Positions 47,989 through 61,672 of a stretch of 64,000 nt of DNA are shown here, one piece after another; the first letter of the stretch is position 1, and every line of letters begins with the position of its first letter. Source of the stretch: Lama guanicoe. Taxonomy: Eukaryota. The stretch lies in contig MU054187.1 in NCBI GenBank assembly GCA_013239625.1, forward strand, positions 21,455,280 through 21,519,279, written 5' to 3'. The position numbers and the translations under genes were made by a program. The notes under the pieces were generated by a model that had not been told where the DNA came from, searched no databases, and was given only the letters and a program-made list of their open reading frames with translations.

Positions 47989-50900
47989 AGATTCAAATGA
48001 GCATCGCTCACGTTCTGAATCCATTTTGACCTTGCATAAATTAACATAAAAGAAGCTACCAGAGTCGCAGTTAGTGAAAAAAACTCCCAAGTCAAGTTGC
48101 ACTTGTTTCAGATCATTGATTGGAGAGCACAGTCGATATTCATGAATATTGGAAAAACATATTAGCAAGAAGCAACGTTGGTTTCATTGTGCAGATTTAA
48201 AATACCATCTGGTAGAACAGGATTCTACTTTAAACATTTGGAAACCATAGCATGGCATTGTTGATAGAGGGTGTGGTTTGGAGTCAGGAGATGAATTTCA
48301 GGCCACGATATGCGTGTGTTGGCTGGTTAAACTTGGGCAAGTCATCGCCTCTCTTTTTCCCAAGTTTCCTTCATGGACAAAATGGCTTAACAACATACAC
48401 GTTACAGAATTACAAGAATTAATTGGAGAATTATTTGATGGATGTATAATCTCCCAATTGCTATTTGAATGCATTTAGTTTTTAATTACCCGAAGCTGGA
48501 TACAAGATAGAGCAGATAGCAAAGTTGTGCAAAATATAAAGATTAGATTAAGGGGAAAATGTTGCCAAAAAGATCACTGAGGATTTCAATCAGCTTGCCT
48601 TTCAAAGCGTGTGCAAGAAGCATTTGTACAGGATCCAGGACAGGGGCTGCTTCACTGAAAATCTTGGGAAAGTTTAATGACAAAAAACAGAAATAAGAAT
48701 TATTCATTTGCTGGTCTCTACTGAAGTGTGCCTTTAAAAATTACCTTCTGGTTCGGTTGTAACCAAAAGCTTATTTGAAGTCAAGGTGGAAATTATAAAC
48801 AGATTGTATGAATTTTAAGTAGTTCGGACAGTACAGAAAACAGACATTCTAGGAGGCTTTAAGAATCATTCATGTGGATTTCAAATATATCGTTTCTTAA
48901 AAATGAATAGGTACCTCTGTGGGGTTTTTTAGACCACGTTTATGTGAAGTCAAGCATATTAAGGAGAAGGGTGCAAGGTTGAATGAGACACATGGATTCT
49001 TATTTATCTGTTAAAAGGCCCGAATGAGAACATGGCCTTGTGTTGGTTGTCAGATCTGGGCTCTGAGCAGGCCACTTGTTTAGCCCCAAGTCCAGACCAC
49101 ATATTTTTGTTACCATTTAACCACATAGAGACTGTAAGTTTGGGTTCATAAGTAGGGAAAATGAAGAATTCTTTTTATGAGGGAAATTTAGGAGAAAACA
49201 AGCACTTACCAATTCTTAAATTGCTGTTTACATAAAGGGAAATTTAGTGTTCACTGACAAAATTACATGCAAATATTACATTTTCCGAATTTTTTTTCAT
49301 CAATTTTAAAATCACATTAGTTGACAGTGAAACATAGACTTCAGAATCAAAACCCAACAATCAGGTAATGATTTATTAGACTGTGGTGTTTCTACTGGAG
49401 AAAATGCACCAGAGCAATTAAAATAAACATTAGGAAGGCCATTTAGCAAACTTCAGAAATGTTTTTAATGTAAATCAAAGAGAATTAGCTAGGATACATG
49501 ACTGTACATATATTATGAATTCAATTATGCGAAAAATATGCATGCTTGTAGGAAGAAAGGATTAGAGAATGACAGTAATTGTTTTAGGGTGAGAGTTTGG
49601 GAGTTGTGTTTTTTCGTGTATTTCTTTAAATGTTGCTTTATTATTGTTAAAGTTTAATAATAACAAGCTTTTAGTAAAAACAAGAATTCAAAATTATATT
49701 CATTTTATATGTCAATATGCCGTTAAATTGCCTGTATCCAAAAAGCAGCTATATTTAAAATAGTTTTAAAAGCTAAATATCTTTATTCTTCCTAGAGACA
49801 AGGTGTATCTGGTTTTTTAGCAAGTAAATTAATATTAAATTGTTTACCGCTTTTTAGCTTTTGCTTGATAATGAAATTACATGTCTCAGACATTTAATTA
49901 TAAAGCAAACAGAATTCCAAACAAGAAATGGGCACATGAAAAGTAGAAACCCTCAAATTTCCTCAATGGGTTGCTTTTATTAAAATCTGACTACATCTAT
50001 TTTATTTACTGCTTGAGAGTAGGTCTTTTAGAATGTTTATTTTAAAATAGACCTTGGGGAAGAGAGAATTAGGTGTCTGGCTTCATTATAAATCATTATC
50101 TATTTGACAAGTAAATATTACAGGAACACAGTATTCTGACTAACAGTATTAGGGAAAATGAAGAATCATCAAAGAGAAGGAAAGTAAATATAATTCTGAG
50201 AGCGGAAAGAACAACAACAACAAAAAAAAACGAGAGGAAGGAAGACACTTTAAGCTTTTAACTGACCTTCAAGATTTGGATTCCATTTAATTCTGTTGAG
50301 TGGCAATCTTTGTTGGACCATTTTCTCTGAGTTGCTATAGATGGGGTTCTGATGAGAAAGCCAACACTTGTGTCTCCATCACAGACTGCCTTTCACCTAC
50401 TTCCCCCTGCATTTAAAGGAACCCCTACATCTCATCTTGCAGTTCCCCAAAAACTGCCCCCCAAATTCCCATCCTCATCATGTTGTATTTTTATGCTTTA
50501 GGGCAATACCCAGTCTTCACTGTATTTCTGGTAAGCTCAACTTTGCCCAATGAAAATTAACAAACACCCCAACTCCATTAAAATTAAAAATTCTGTTCTC
50601 ATGTGAAGTGCCCATTTTAGCTTTGTTTATGGATTACATATCACTTTTTAAAAGTTAAGTTCTGATGCTGCATATCTTCCCAGCAGGAGGGCAGAAAGAA
50701 TTGGCAAAACCTTCCCTGATTCCAGGTGAGAAAGAAGTCATCTTTCTTTGAAGCATCACATCAAAATATTCAGCGAACAAGGGCCACTCCCTACAGTGAT
50801 TTATAACAAAGGACACAATACATACTGAGTTTGTTCCTAAAATATACATCCCATTCTGAAAGCTCTCTTTTTCTCAACATGGTATCTGGCCTGACCAACA

Positions 50901-53075
50901 CTGGAAGCTTTGTAATCTTTGGCTGGGGGAAGCAATAGAAATATTGATAAACATTTCAATTCCCTATAAAATATCGAATTGCATTGTTAACTGAAGTAGC
51001 AGTGAATTACAGTAGCTTTCCTTGGCCTGAATTTCCAGTGTAGCATTCTTACATTGCATATTTTTTCATAACCCAAAGTATAGATTACCTTATTTAATGA
51101 ACCTGCTAAATTGCTATTTTCAAGTCCTGCGGAGACGGTTCCTCCAAAGGAGCCTGCCTTTCTTCTCAAGGAGCAATTTCTACCCTGGAAAAGCTCAGTC
51201 AGTTGCCCCATTTCTTTTCCTTCGGTAGCTCTGGGTGTTGTATATAGCTCATGAAATGCGCCTTCATATTTTGGTTCACTGACTTAAGGTGCTCTGTGAA
51301 TTCAACTTATAAATAAGTAATGTGGACCTTGTTTTGTGATTGAGATGAGGGGCAGGCTTAGTTGACCCTTCTGATCTTCGAGGCCCTGGTGGTAAGGATG
51401 GGCTTCGTGACCCCTTGCAGCCTCACCCTCCCTACGCTGTTTGGAGTAAATTACAATGTGTTGACATCCACGACCTGTTCTTCGCCGGCAGTTCCTTGGC
51501 TCTGATGGACTCTGTTATTCACAGAGGAAGGCACCTCTCTTGAACTCTGTCTCGTCTCATTTCTTTTCCTTTCCAGACACCTCTTAGTATTTCCCCAGCA
51601 TGTTTCCAAATCGTTTTTGGACACTTTACCTCTCTAATGGGGAAGACCTTCCTAGACCAAGTTCTGCTTCAAGTGTGGTCTCTATGCAACTTTTTCCCCC
51701 ATTGTGTCATAGTTTTAAATGTTTCTGAGTGAATATTTGGAAGCCAGTGTCTCTTAATTGTAATTATATTTCATATATTGTTTTCCCCCCAAAAAAGGAT
51801 TATCACATTTTCACCTGCATGTGTAAATGAGATGGAATTTTAGGACATAACCTATTATAGAAGGCTTCAAATATTTCCTCTCTGTTCTAATTTTCTCATT
51901 TCTAGCTTCCATATTAGATTATTTTTATTGACTGTTTTAAAGCAGTTATGAAAATATAACCCATATAATCATGGCACAGTAAAATATGTAACAATCATCA
52001 ATCTAAGTCACTAATGCTATTTTCTTTACAGTGGGTGATAACGAGAATAGATCTCTGCTTCACTGACAAACAGCTTTAAAAATAAATGAGTATATATATC
52101 ATATTTTTCTCTGACCCTTTTATGCTGCTTGCATGTGCGGAGTCATACAGAAATGTATCGTGTGTGTGTGCGGTATAATATGAAACTTTGAATCTATTAA
52201 TTATATATTTATATAAATGAGTAAATAGTCTTACACTTTTATTCCTTTCATTGTTGAAGGGAAATGCGTTGATTGTGGTGAACATCATTTTTCACAGAAG
52301 CTTTCAAAGAGTTTCATTGGCACTGTTTTTTGTTAGAGGAATTTTTAACAGCTAATGACAAATACCTGCAGTCTCAATTTGCATGTCTATCAAATGGTCA
52401 GAATAATAAAAAGTTATCCTGATAAATATTTCCCCACTAGTACTTTAGTCAGCAAAGTTTTCCGCTCGTGCGAGGGCCCTTTCATTCAAACTCAGCCTCG
52501 TTTTTTCTCTGCAGTCAGAAGAGCCTTTCATTACTTAGAGCTCTCAGAGACAGAGCTTGTCCCTCATAGCTGTTCTCTTTAAGTGAGTCCTACATCTAAT
52601 TTTTTTTTCCTTCTGAGCTGTTTTCTGATCACACAGTGGCTTTCTTTGCTTTGTTCCTGATTCTACGCGATCTTTTCTTGGTTTCAAATTAATGTGCCAA
52701 GAAGTGTCTGATGTGTAAAAAGGAAGATTTCTAACAAGGGTAAATCTGTTCAATCAAGCAAAGAAACGTACTTGGGAGTGAAGGTCAGCGTGATTTCAAC
52801 AAATGGCATGGTACTACTGGAGCAAAACTCTCTGTCCTTTCATATCTTAAAGATATGAAACCTGTTGGAGGGTCGGATCCCAATGTCCAGCAAGCATAGA
52901 TTTCACTAGCATCTTGTTTCTTTAGTGAAAAAGGAATCTTCCTGAGTAAGAACAGCAACCATGACAAAAGCATTTATTGACCTTTTTTTTTACAAGACCA
53001 TTCACTTAATCATTTCACACATTGCACAGAACACTTGGGCATAAACCAACTCAGTCGCATGTGTGTTTTGTGAAG

Positions 53076-53239
53076 GCTCTTTGATTACCACGGGCGTGTG
53101 CCTCCGCCTCCCCGCGCAGTAATTCCGCTGAAGCGCCCCCGAGTGGCCGTAGCAACAACTCGCAGGGGGAAAGGAGTCTTTTCCATGAAAGGGGGATCGA
53201 GGTCCACAGCCAGCGGGTCTTCTTCTTCGGGCTCGAAAT
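53076..53239 (+). CDS. RALYL: RALYL 164-nt coding exon D: (R)[54 protein letters not shown](L), with KRPR NLS-like basic motif
   Basis: ttttgtgaag acceptor (AG 53074-53075) and t|gtaagt donor (GT 53240-53241). Phase 2 in, phase 1 out, open frame, and it matches recalled RALYL. Confidence 0.97.
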
Positions 53240-53899
53240 GTAAGTAATCGTCTTTTAGTTCGTTCTCCTTTAAAGACGGTTGGGGGTGCTTATCATCGCA
53301 CGAATGTCTATATTCAATGCGTTAGTCAATAATTATGGAGCGCCTGCTGTGTACAAGGTATTAGGGAAACATAAAATGGATAAGAAACGGCGTCTGCTCT
53401 CCGCCACACTACACTGCCCCGGGAGACGCGGGCACAAACATGACTGGCAAAAACTCGGACCCGTTTGAAAACTGTCTTATCAGGGCAAAAGACTTGACCT
53501 TGGCCCACCTAGCTTGTGACGTTAAAAGTCCTGAAATATAATGTGTTGCCTTTGGTGAAGGAAGAATTTCGCTTCAAAAGAGAGTGCCTATAGTATCTTT
53601 TCACGGAAATAGGATACGAAATTAGTGCATGTTTTGAATATTTGAGCATTGGGATAATTAAAATAATTATAGCAGATATACTAAAAGTGTAACTTGTCAT
53701 AGTATTCTAACTAATGAGAGTTATGCATCTGAAAACATATGTAATGTCATAAAAATAAAATAATATTTATGTAATTTCACATTAATTAGCAAAAAGTAGA
53801 GATATAAACTTTCCAACTAAGCACATTGCTAAACTTTTATGTAGGAAGATTCAGAAAAAAACTCTAATTTGCTATTAGAATATTATTCCCAAGGAAAGG

Positions 53900-54345
53900 A
53901 TACCAAAATTTCTTGCATTTCTTGAGATAACATTCTTGCAGAAGAGAGACAGACAATAGCGAACAAAGTAAAATCTGAGATCCCATAAAGTAGATCATCA
54001 CTGTGTCATACACAGAGTAGAATAAAGCGAGAGAGAAAGCTGGCAGCAGAGTATTTCATAGGCTGGTATATGATTGCCTCTCTGACAAGGTGGCATTGAG
54101 CAGAGACCCCATGGAAGTTAAGGGAGCTCAAGATTGAACTTGAAGCCGTAGGAGGCAGAGCATCTGGGCAGAGGGAACAGTCAGTGCAGAGATGTTACAT
54201 TGTTAAGAGTCAAAGAACAGCAAGAAAACCAGAGCAGCAGAGCGAGGAAAGGGAAATATGACTGGAAATAAGGTCAGAGAGGTAGGAGGGTGAATTCCAC
54301 GGCAGCCTGTTAGGACATTGCAGGGATTTTGTAGTTACTCTGAAT
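53900..54345 (-). mobile_element. L2 fragment
   Basis: gcctctctgacaaggtggcattgagcagagaccc...gagcatctgggcagagggaacagtcagtgcagag...gaaataaggtcagagaggtagg. Confidence 0.75.
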
Positions 54346-56489
54346 CCCAGTCTATTAAGACAAGTTAGGCAATTGCTGTTATTCCAATTTTATTGACGAA
54401 TAAGCACAGAGGTCACATGGTTAGTAATGGTGGCATCAACACTAGACCCATGTTTCTTCATTTTCATCCCTAAATGCTGTCTACTGTAGAGTGTGACTTT
54501 GTACCTTAGTATCATCAGAAATACTAAAAATGCTGTTGAAATATATGAGAACATGCAAAAAAAAAGTTACGTGAAGCATTGATGCTTCTGGTAACTAAGT
54601 CTGGTGCATTCAGAGTTTGACTTAGCTAATTATATAACCAAAATGACAAATTCATAGATTTATAGTTCCCTGTGTACTTACTTATCTATTTATCTAATTA
54701 TTCTGTGGACAAAAAATATGAATTCCCTTTCTGAGTCTTAGGAATAAAAGAAAATGACTTTCTGCAGCAATTTTTAAACAGAGTCTTACTTGCTCTCAGA
54801 CTATTGTCAAAAGCAAAGAAAATTCTTGAATTTGGTTCTTGCTGTGGAAAATGTAACATTGAATTTCCTGCTAGGTTTACAGAAGACTTTGTTAGCATTA
54901 AGTTAATTTCAAATGGAAATATTTTAAGGATCTGTAGGTTTGCCCTGTAGTCACTTTTGAAATAATGTTTATCAATTATTGTACTATTTATATTAATTTA
55001 TTATATCAATTATATCAATTTATTATATCAATTATATGTCATTATTGATGTTTTGGTAGATCTACATTCTGTAAGAGTATTCTAAGCTTTCGCAGAACAT
55101 TTAGCATCCCTGATCCTCAAACCTTAAATGCCTCAGTTTTTGTAACAACTGTACATACACGTACACATTTCTAAATCTTCCTTAAGGAGATGGTGCCACC
55201 TTGATTTAAAACCACTGGTTGGTGGCCACTCTTGGGCAAGTGCCACTTTGTACAACTCAGCCACTTGATTGCCAAATACCCCAGTGTTGCAGAGAAGAGT
55301 AGTTTCCAGAGGTTATTTTGAAGCAAATATCTTAATATTCAAATGTTAATGTGTATATATCAATATTCATTATGTAATAGTACTTTTATAATCAACCTAC
55401 TGTTCAGGAATAACAATAATTTTCAAATTCAAATCACACATGAAAAATTTGAGTGAAGTGGGAAATAGACTGTGTTAATACTGGCTTAAGTGAATGAACA
55501 TTTACTGACGTATATATTTTGCTCTTTTATTAATAGTTGTTTCCCAATATTTAATGACTTGGCAAGTTCAGGAGGAAGAAATTAATGTTATAGCTTGAAC
55601 AGTTTGTCATTTCTTACTTTAGAATTTTTAATAGTACTGAATTCCACTAAGAAGAAAAACCATAGAAAGAAAAAATATAGTAACACTATAATTTGCCCAA
55701 GTTGAATACAGATAAGTGTTTAAAATGAATTGTTCTTTTGAAAAATTGGATTACCATTAGGTATTTCTTTCCCTTTTTGAATCAACTTGAACTAAAACTA
55801 TAATCAACTTGTTCTTTCCCACATCGTGGAATCATAAGATATAGAAGATGGGATGTTGCTAAGAAGCCTTTACAAAAGAGAAGACGTGAAAACCTATGAG
55901 CTTTAGCTGAGTTTCTTAGTGGAAAAATCAGTGCCCTCTGAAAAAAAAAAGATATTAAATCAGTTTCTTTAAATAATTAATCTAAATCCTAATGTCTAAT
56001 CCTGATAAGTCTTGATGCCTTTGGGGTCCCATCAGTGCACCTGCAGTGACAGGGTAGGTGACAGAACAAAGGTGAAATCTCGGAAGCACCTGATAGACAG
56101 TTAAAGACAGTGCAATTACACATAAATAGTCGTCATTGAGAACTTATCCCCAACTCTAAGGAAGTGTTGTTATGTTGGTTTTTCCTCCCCTAAAACACAC
56201 AAGATTTTAGTATAGAAATAAAGCATCAATCAGAGGAACAGTGTTAATATCCAGAAAAGTATCACTAAACAGCCCCCAACATCCCGTTATCTTGGCCAAA
56301 GTATGTATTCTGCTTTTAGGTCTTAAGGAAGGAAATTACTTTTGGCCAGAGAGGTTAGGGAAAGCTTCATAGAGGATATTGAATTGAGTTTAGAAGGACA
56401 GGAGGATTTGGAAGGAGAACAAGAGAGACCCCTTCTTTCCAGGAGACAGCACCTGGGTGGGGAGGAGCGTGTCAGATTGGGCTGGAATT

Positions 56490-56915
56490 CGTGTTCCACA
56501 GCGTAGGAACACTGTGGCCTTGAGAAGTCCTTTAACCCCTATTGCTTCCCCTTTCTATCTGTGCAATGGAAATAATAGTACTATGTATCCAATAGTCATG
56601 GGAATTAAATTGCTTACGCCTATCAAGTTCTTGGGCAAGTCTTGTCAAATAATGCACTTTCAGTGAGGTTAAACAGTAGTAGTGGTGACAGTGATGTGGT
56701 TAAGAGTCTGCGATGTGAAATTGCTGTGTGTAATAGCTCTGCCAATCACTAGCTATGTATTTAGGGACAAGATACTTTGTTGTGCCTCAGTTTCCTCATC
56801 TATCAAATGGGAATGATAATCTTACCCCATCTGTGGGATACACTCCATAAAGGTTTTGCAAGGATTCGATGAGTTAACACATGTAAAGCTTTCAGAGCAA
56901 GAGTCCCACTATGAA
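56490..56915 (+). mobile_element. Two adjacent MIR copies
   Basis: ctgtggccttgagaagtcctttaacccc...atctgtgcaatggaaataatag, and tgtgcctcagtttcctcatctatcaaatgggaatgataat. Confidence 0.8.
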
Positions 56916-57755
56916 TGTCTTAACAACAAAATCTTAATAACAAAGCAGAATAGCAATAATAATAATAACAATAATGTCTGAATCCAGTTTTATTCTGGAA
57001 GGTCTTCGGGCAGAGCTTTAATATATAAGATTTGAAGAGTGGTACAGAATTATCCCACAGCACAGGGTTATGTGCACGTAAAACCTAAACAGAATGTGGA
57101 GGTCTTGGCCTCTCCTTCAGCTCTTTTCATTTTAATGGCCAAATTCCTGCATATTTTTTCTTAGATAAGTAACTAATTGAAGAGAATGAGGTGCAGGCCC
57201 GTTCAGCTCATTCTGGTAAACACACTGAGCTTCTCAGACACACGTGGCTTCACTCTCTGGAGGCTGCTGAGCACTTTGCATAAAGAGAATAATAAATCTC
57301 TGCTAAAACCACCACCGAATGCTTAAGACACACAGCAACTCCACCAAAACGATCACAATGTCTTTGTAAGAAATAAATACATTTGTGAGCATCTGTGCCT
57401 GGGTCTTTCACTAGGCTTTAATGTGGCTCATTAATAGAACCAGATTTTAGAATATCGAAGGAAAAGAAGGCAAATGAGATGTTCAACAACATCTTTATAT
57501 CAACATAGCTTGCGAGCACTGGAGATGGTTTTCTCGGTTCTGCTGTAGAATTTATGTTTTACTTTGTGCTCCACCAGCAGTTCCAGAAAAGATCTAATCA
57601 CTCCACTGTGGGATTATAAAAGCTGGTGAGCATTAAGCCCCGTCGATAAACCCTGACATTTCTCACTTCTGCCTCTTCCTCGTCTGCTCTTTTCCTCAAT
57701 CTGGTCCTAATCAGCAGATCCTTGACCACTCTATGTATTTTTATTTTTTTGCCGT

Positions 57756-58280
57756 GACTCCACTCCAGAGTGTTTACTCAAGAAAAATTAAAACATACAT
57801 TCCCACGGGCACTTGTATACAGATGTTCAAAGCAGCATTACTTTTAGTTACCAGCAAGTTCAAATAACCTAAATGTCCATCAACTGATGAAATGATAAAT
57901 AAAATGTGAATATTCCATAACATGCAATAGTATTCATCAATAAAGTGAAATTAAGTACTGATACAAGCTAAGTGATGAAAGTCAGTCACAAAAGTCCACA
58001 TATTGCGTGATTCCATTCATATGAAATATCCAGAATAGACAAATTTGTAGAGATGGAAAATAGACTAGTGGTTGCTTAGAACTGAGGGGAGGAGGAGAGA
58101 GGAGAATGGGGGCTGACTGCTAATGAATATGGGATTTCCCTTAGGATGAAATATTCCAAAATTAGATTGTGGTGATGGTTGAGCAATATTGTAAATATGC
58201 TAAAAATAAGCCACATTGAATTGTACACTTTAAGTGGGTGAATTGTATGTCAATCATATCCTGATAAAACTGTTTTAAAA
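57756..58280 (+). mobile_element. Old L1 (L1MB/ME-like) 3' end
   Basis: aacctaaatgtccatcaactgatg...cagtcacaaaagtccacatattgcgtgattccattcatatgaaatatccagaatagacaaat...attagattgtggtgatggttg...gaattgtacactttaagtgggtgaattgtatg. Confidence 0.9.
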
Positions 58281-58368
58281 TATAGAAATGCAGAGACCTT
58301 ATTTCACATCTTAGCATTCTTTTTTTTTTTTTGACGGCACATAGACGTTAAATCCTTGCCTACTCTTA

Positions 58369-58422
58369 TTTTTTTAACCTTTTTTATTGATTTATAATCA
58401 TTTTACAATGTTGTGTCAAATT
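58369..58422 (-). mobile_element. 54-bp extremely 5'-truncated young L1 insertion
   Basis: Perfect flanking direct repeat cttgcctactctta (58355-58368 and 58423-58436). The body is identical to the 18205-18406 L1 tail. Confidence 0.9.
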
Positions 58423-59719
58423 CTTGCCTACTCTTAATAGTCTCTTAAAACTAGTTTTCTTGACTCTGCTCTCCCTCAATCTCATTAGTTACGTGCCCAA
58501 ATGCAGGATTATTTGAAACCAAATGCTTCGTCAATTCCTCACTCAAAACTCAAAACTACTATCATTTACCAAGTAAGAAACCAGACTCTTCAGTGTTGTT
58601 CTCCAGATATGCCTGATCTGGTCCTTCTGCATCCAGTCCCCCTCTCCACCACCACCCTTCTCTAGTTTAACTGAACACTTATTTAATGCTTCCAAACCCA
58701 TGCTCATCTACCTCCATCTGAAAGCTCTTTTATCTCAAGAAATGTGTTATCAATGCACTGTCTGATATACAAATAAACATTATTAATAATTTCACCTGTC
58801 TTTCAAGGTCGAACTCAGGTAATGTTATTCTGATGAAACAAGTTTGGACCCTTTTGGGCTGTAAGGGCAAAGTCTGGCTGCTAAAGCCAAATCAGTCGTT
58901 TCTCTTCCTATTGTGACACCTAAGCCTTCTGCTTAATTTTATAGCCATTTTTATGGACATCTGATCTCTGCATTGTGCATTCCAAATTTGTCCCTCAAGT
59001 TATTTTTGCATTGCACAATATAATACTCTAAAATATTTGTGGAATGTGTGTCACCAATATTACATTTGCTTTTTGCATTTTACTTTTTGTTTTTTGTATA
59101 TTTCATAGTTGACTATGAATTACACCTTTAGAAATGCTACTTAGTTCTAGAATATTCTTGAGTTAATGAAACAAGGGAACAAATTCCGGCCTCCACTTCA
59201 GGGTCTAAGAGAAGCCAAGGTGTTCATATACTTTTTCAAGCTCCTTAAGATTTTCTGCTTCCTTAACTTGGAAGACCTTTTTGGCTTTCTGACAGCCAAA
59301 GTATCCTTCCAGTCATAGTTCAGGGCCCCCATGTTTTCATGAATATTTTCATGATCTGTCACCTAACCACACGAAACCTAATTTTGCTTTTGTCTTTACC
59401 CACATAGTTGACATAATTTCAGTTACTGCCAAACTAATATTCCATAGATGAAATAGATGTGACCTCCAAGAAATTAATATTCCATAAACAAAGTAGACAG
59501 CATCTTTCATTGGCAGGGTCTTACAATCTGGAGGGGAAGACCAAAAATTAACTTCAGTATCATGTGATAGGCACATTTCACTTACTGCTCCATTGTTTTA
59601 CATAATTGATGTACTTATGCATTATAACGACTTGTTTACATATTCTTTTTCCTCCACTAGTTGTAAACTCTGTGAAACCAAGGAGGCAGACTCAGGGCGA
59701 AAAAAAGCAATCAGACGAA

Positions 59720-59940
59720 CATAAACCACAGCTGTGAGTCAGGCATCCCACTCTAAACCTGACTCTGTTGCCTCTCTGCATTACTTAACTTTTCTAGCAT
59801 TCACTAGTCTAATCCACAGAACGAAGTATAATGATACATACTTTGTATGTTTATCTTAAGGATTAAATGAAATGGTGTATGTGCAGCTGCTAGTGAAATG
59901 CTAGATGCTTGGATGCACACAGCAGGTGTTTAATGAGTAG
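59720..59940 (+). mobile_element. MIR (degenerate)
   Basis: gctgtgagtcaggcatccc...taaggattaaatgaaatggtgtatgtgcagctgctag...cacacagcaggtgtttaat. Confidence 0.6.
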
Positions 59941-61094
59941 CCTGGTTGCTGGGTCTGTAGGGAGATGCTGTTGTCCTCCCCCTCTGGAATTCCATAAAAA
60001 ATGGACCGGATAAGCACCTGGCTTCAGAGTTCGCCTGCCTCCTGGACTCTTCATACTCTTAAGCTGCTGCTGTCCGTATTTCATTTGCGGGATGTGGCTG
60101 CAGTGCACCTGTGCATACCTGACCCCTGGGACGTCGGGGCGGGCCAAGATTGAGTGGGTCCTGCAGGGTACGGAGGGGTCGAGTGTACGTCAGACCACTC
60201 AGCATCGTTCTGTCCATCCCCTGCTCAGCCAGTCCCTGCTTCGCTCACATGACTCTTAATTATACGGCTTAATTAGTAACTTTAATGAATAGTTATTGAA
60301 TAAAATAATACACTTTATTCTCCATTTCATTTTCTCTTTCTGAAAGTATATACAAATAATTGGTATTGATGTATATATGCATAGGCATTATGAATACATA
60401 TGCATGCACATATATATAATTGCTTTTTCTAGGACATTCCATCCATAAGAGTGATAACTGCCAAATTATATTTACATATATAAATGGAGAATTACACTAA
60501 TTGCTTCAATTTCTTTTAGCAAAATCCTTTAAAGTCTGGCTTTCGAAAACTATTTACAAGGCTGTCAAATTAACTTTTGCATATTAAACTAGCTTAAAAC
60601 ATGTGAGTGAGAGGAAAGGGACAGACAAATTGAAGTGATACTGATAGATTTCTGAAAAATCCATATTACAGAAACCAGTGATCCTTGTTTTTTTTAGGAT
60701 GTGACGGAATTAAAAACTGGTTTTTTTTTTTTCTGGATGTACCTGAATTAAAAAATCTATGGTTCCTTAATTCATAATAAGAGAAAGACCTAAAACTGAC
60801 AATCACATTTTTACTTCTAATGAAGCTGCCTGGCGCCATAAAGAGGATAGAGTTTGTAGGCAGAAGACCTGAACTCCCCCTGTTCAGATGACTGCCTTAC
60901 GCAAAATCACTACAGGGCCTTGAGAATGTAATGTAATTTGTCAGATTCTCAGGTTTCTTGTTGTTGAAACAGTGTATATAAAAACGATTGAAAAATTCAG
61001 TTCTATGCAAATTACATGTATTTCTTTAGTTTTTGTTATTTAAATGTCAAGGTGGAGGTTAAAATGGAAGAGTAACATAAATTAATGAGAATTA

Positions 61095-61351
61095 ATAAAC
61101 AATCTCATGGTAGCTGAGGGTAAAAGGGGTGGGAAGGGATAAACTGGGAGTCCAAGACTTGCAAATATTAACTGGTATATATAGAATAGGTAAGTTTCTT
61201 CTGTATAGCACAGGGAACTACATTCGATCTTGTAGTAACCTGTAGTGAAAAGAATATGAAAAGGAGTATATGTATATATATGGATGACTGAAATATGATG
61301 CTAAACACCAGGGATTGACACAACATTGTACACTGACTATACTTATGTAAA
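61095..61351 (+). mobile_element. L1 3' UTR fragment with TSD
   Basis: ggggtgggaagggataaactgggag...ctgtatagcacagggaactac...ttgacacaacattgtacactgactatac. 16-bp TSD aaattaatgWgaatta (61079-61094 and 61352-61367). Confidence 0.9.
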
Positions 61352-61462
61352 AAATTAATGTGAATTATTATTAAAGTCCATGTGATTACAGACATTTTAC
61401 AATTTTCTTATAGTTCATAAAAAGCATGGTGTTGGTGAGGGAGAGTATGTAACTGTTCAGAT

Positions 61463-61672
61463 CCGGGTTTCTAAGTCTTGGTACTTTTTTGATCAGATAA
61501 TTCTACGATGTGGTGTTGGGGGCTAACCCATACATTGTAGGCTATTTGGCAGACCAGATGCCCACGGGATGCCAGTAACACCACCCTCTCCAAGTCGTAG
61601 CAATCAAAAACATCTCCAAACATTGTAAAATGTCCCCTGCAGGGCAATATTACCTTCTGTTAAGAACCACTA
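61463..61672. mobile_element. MER20 hAT-Charlie DNA transposon
   Basis: gatgccagtaacaccacc...caatcaaaaacatctccaaacattgtaaaatgtcccctg...taagaaccacta. 8-bp TSD-like flanks gttcagat / gtctagac. Confidence 0.85.
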
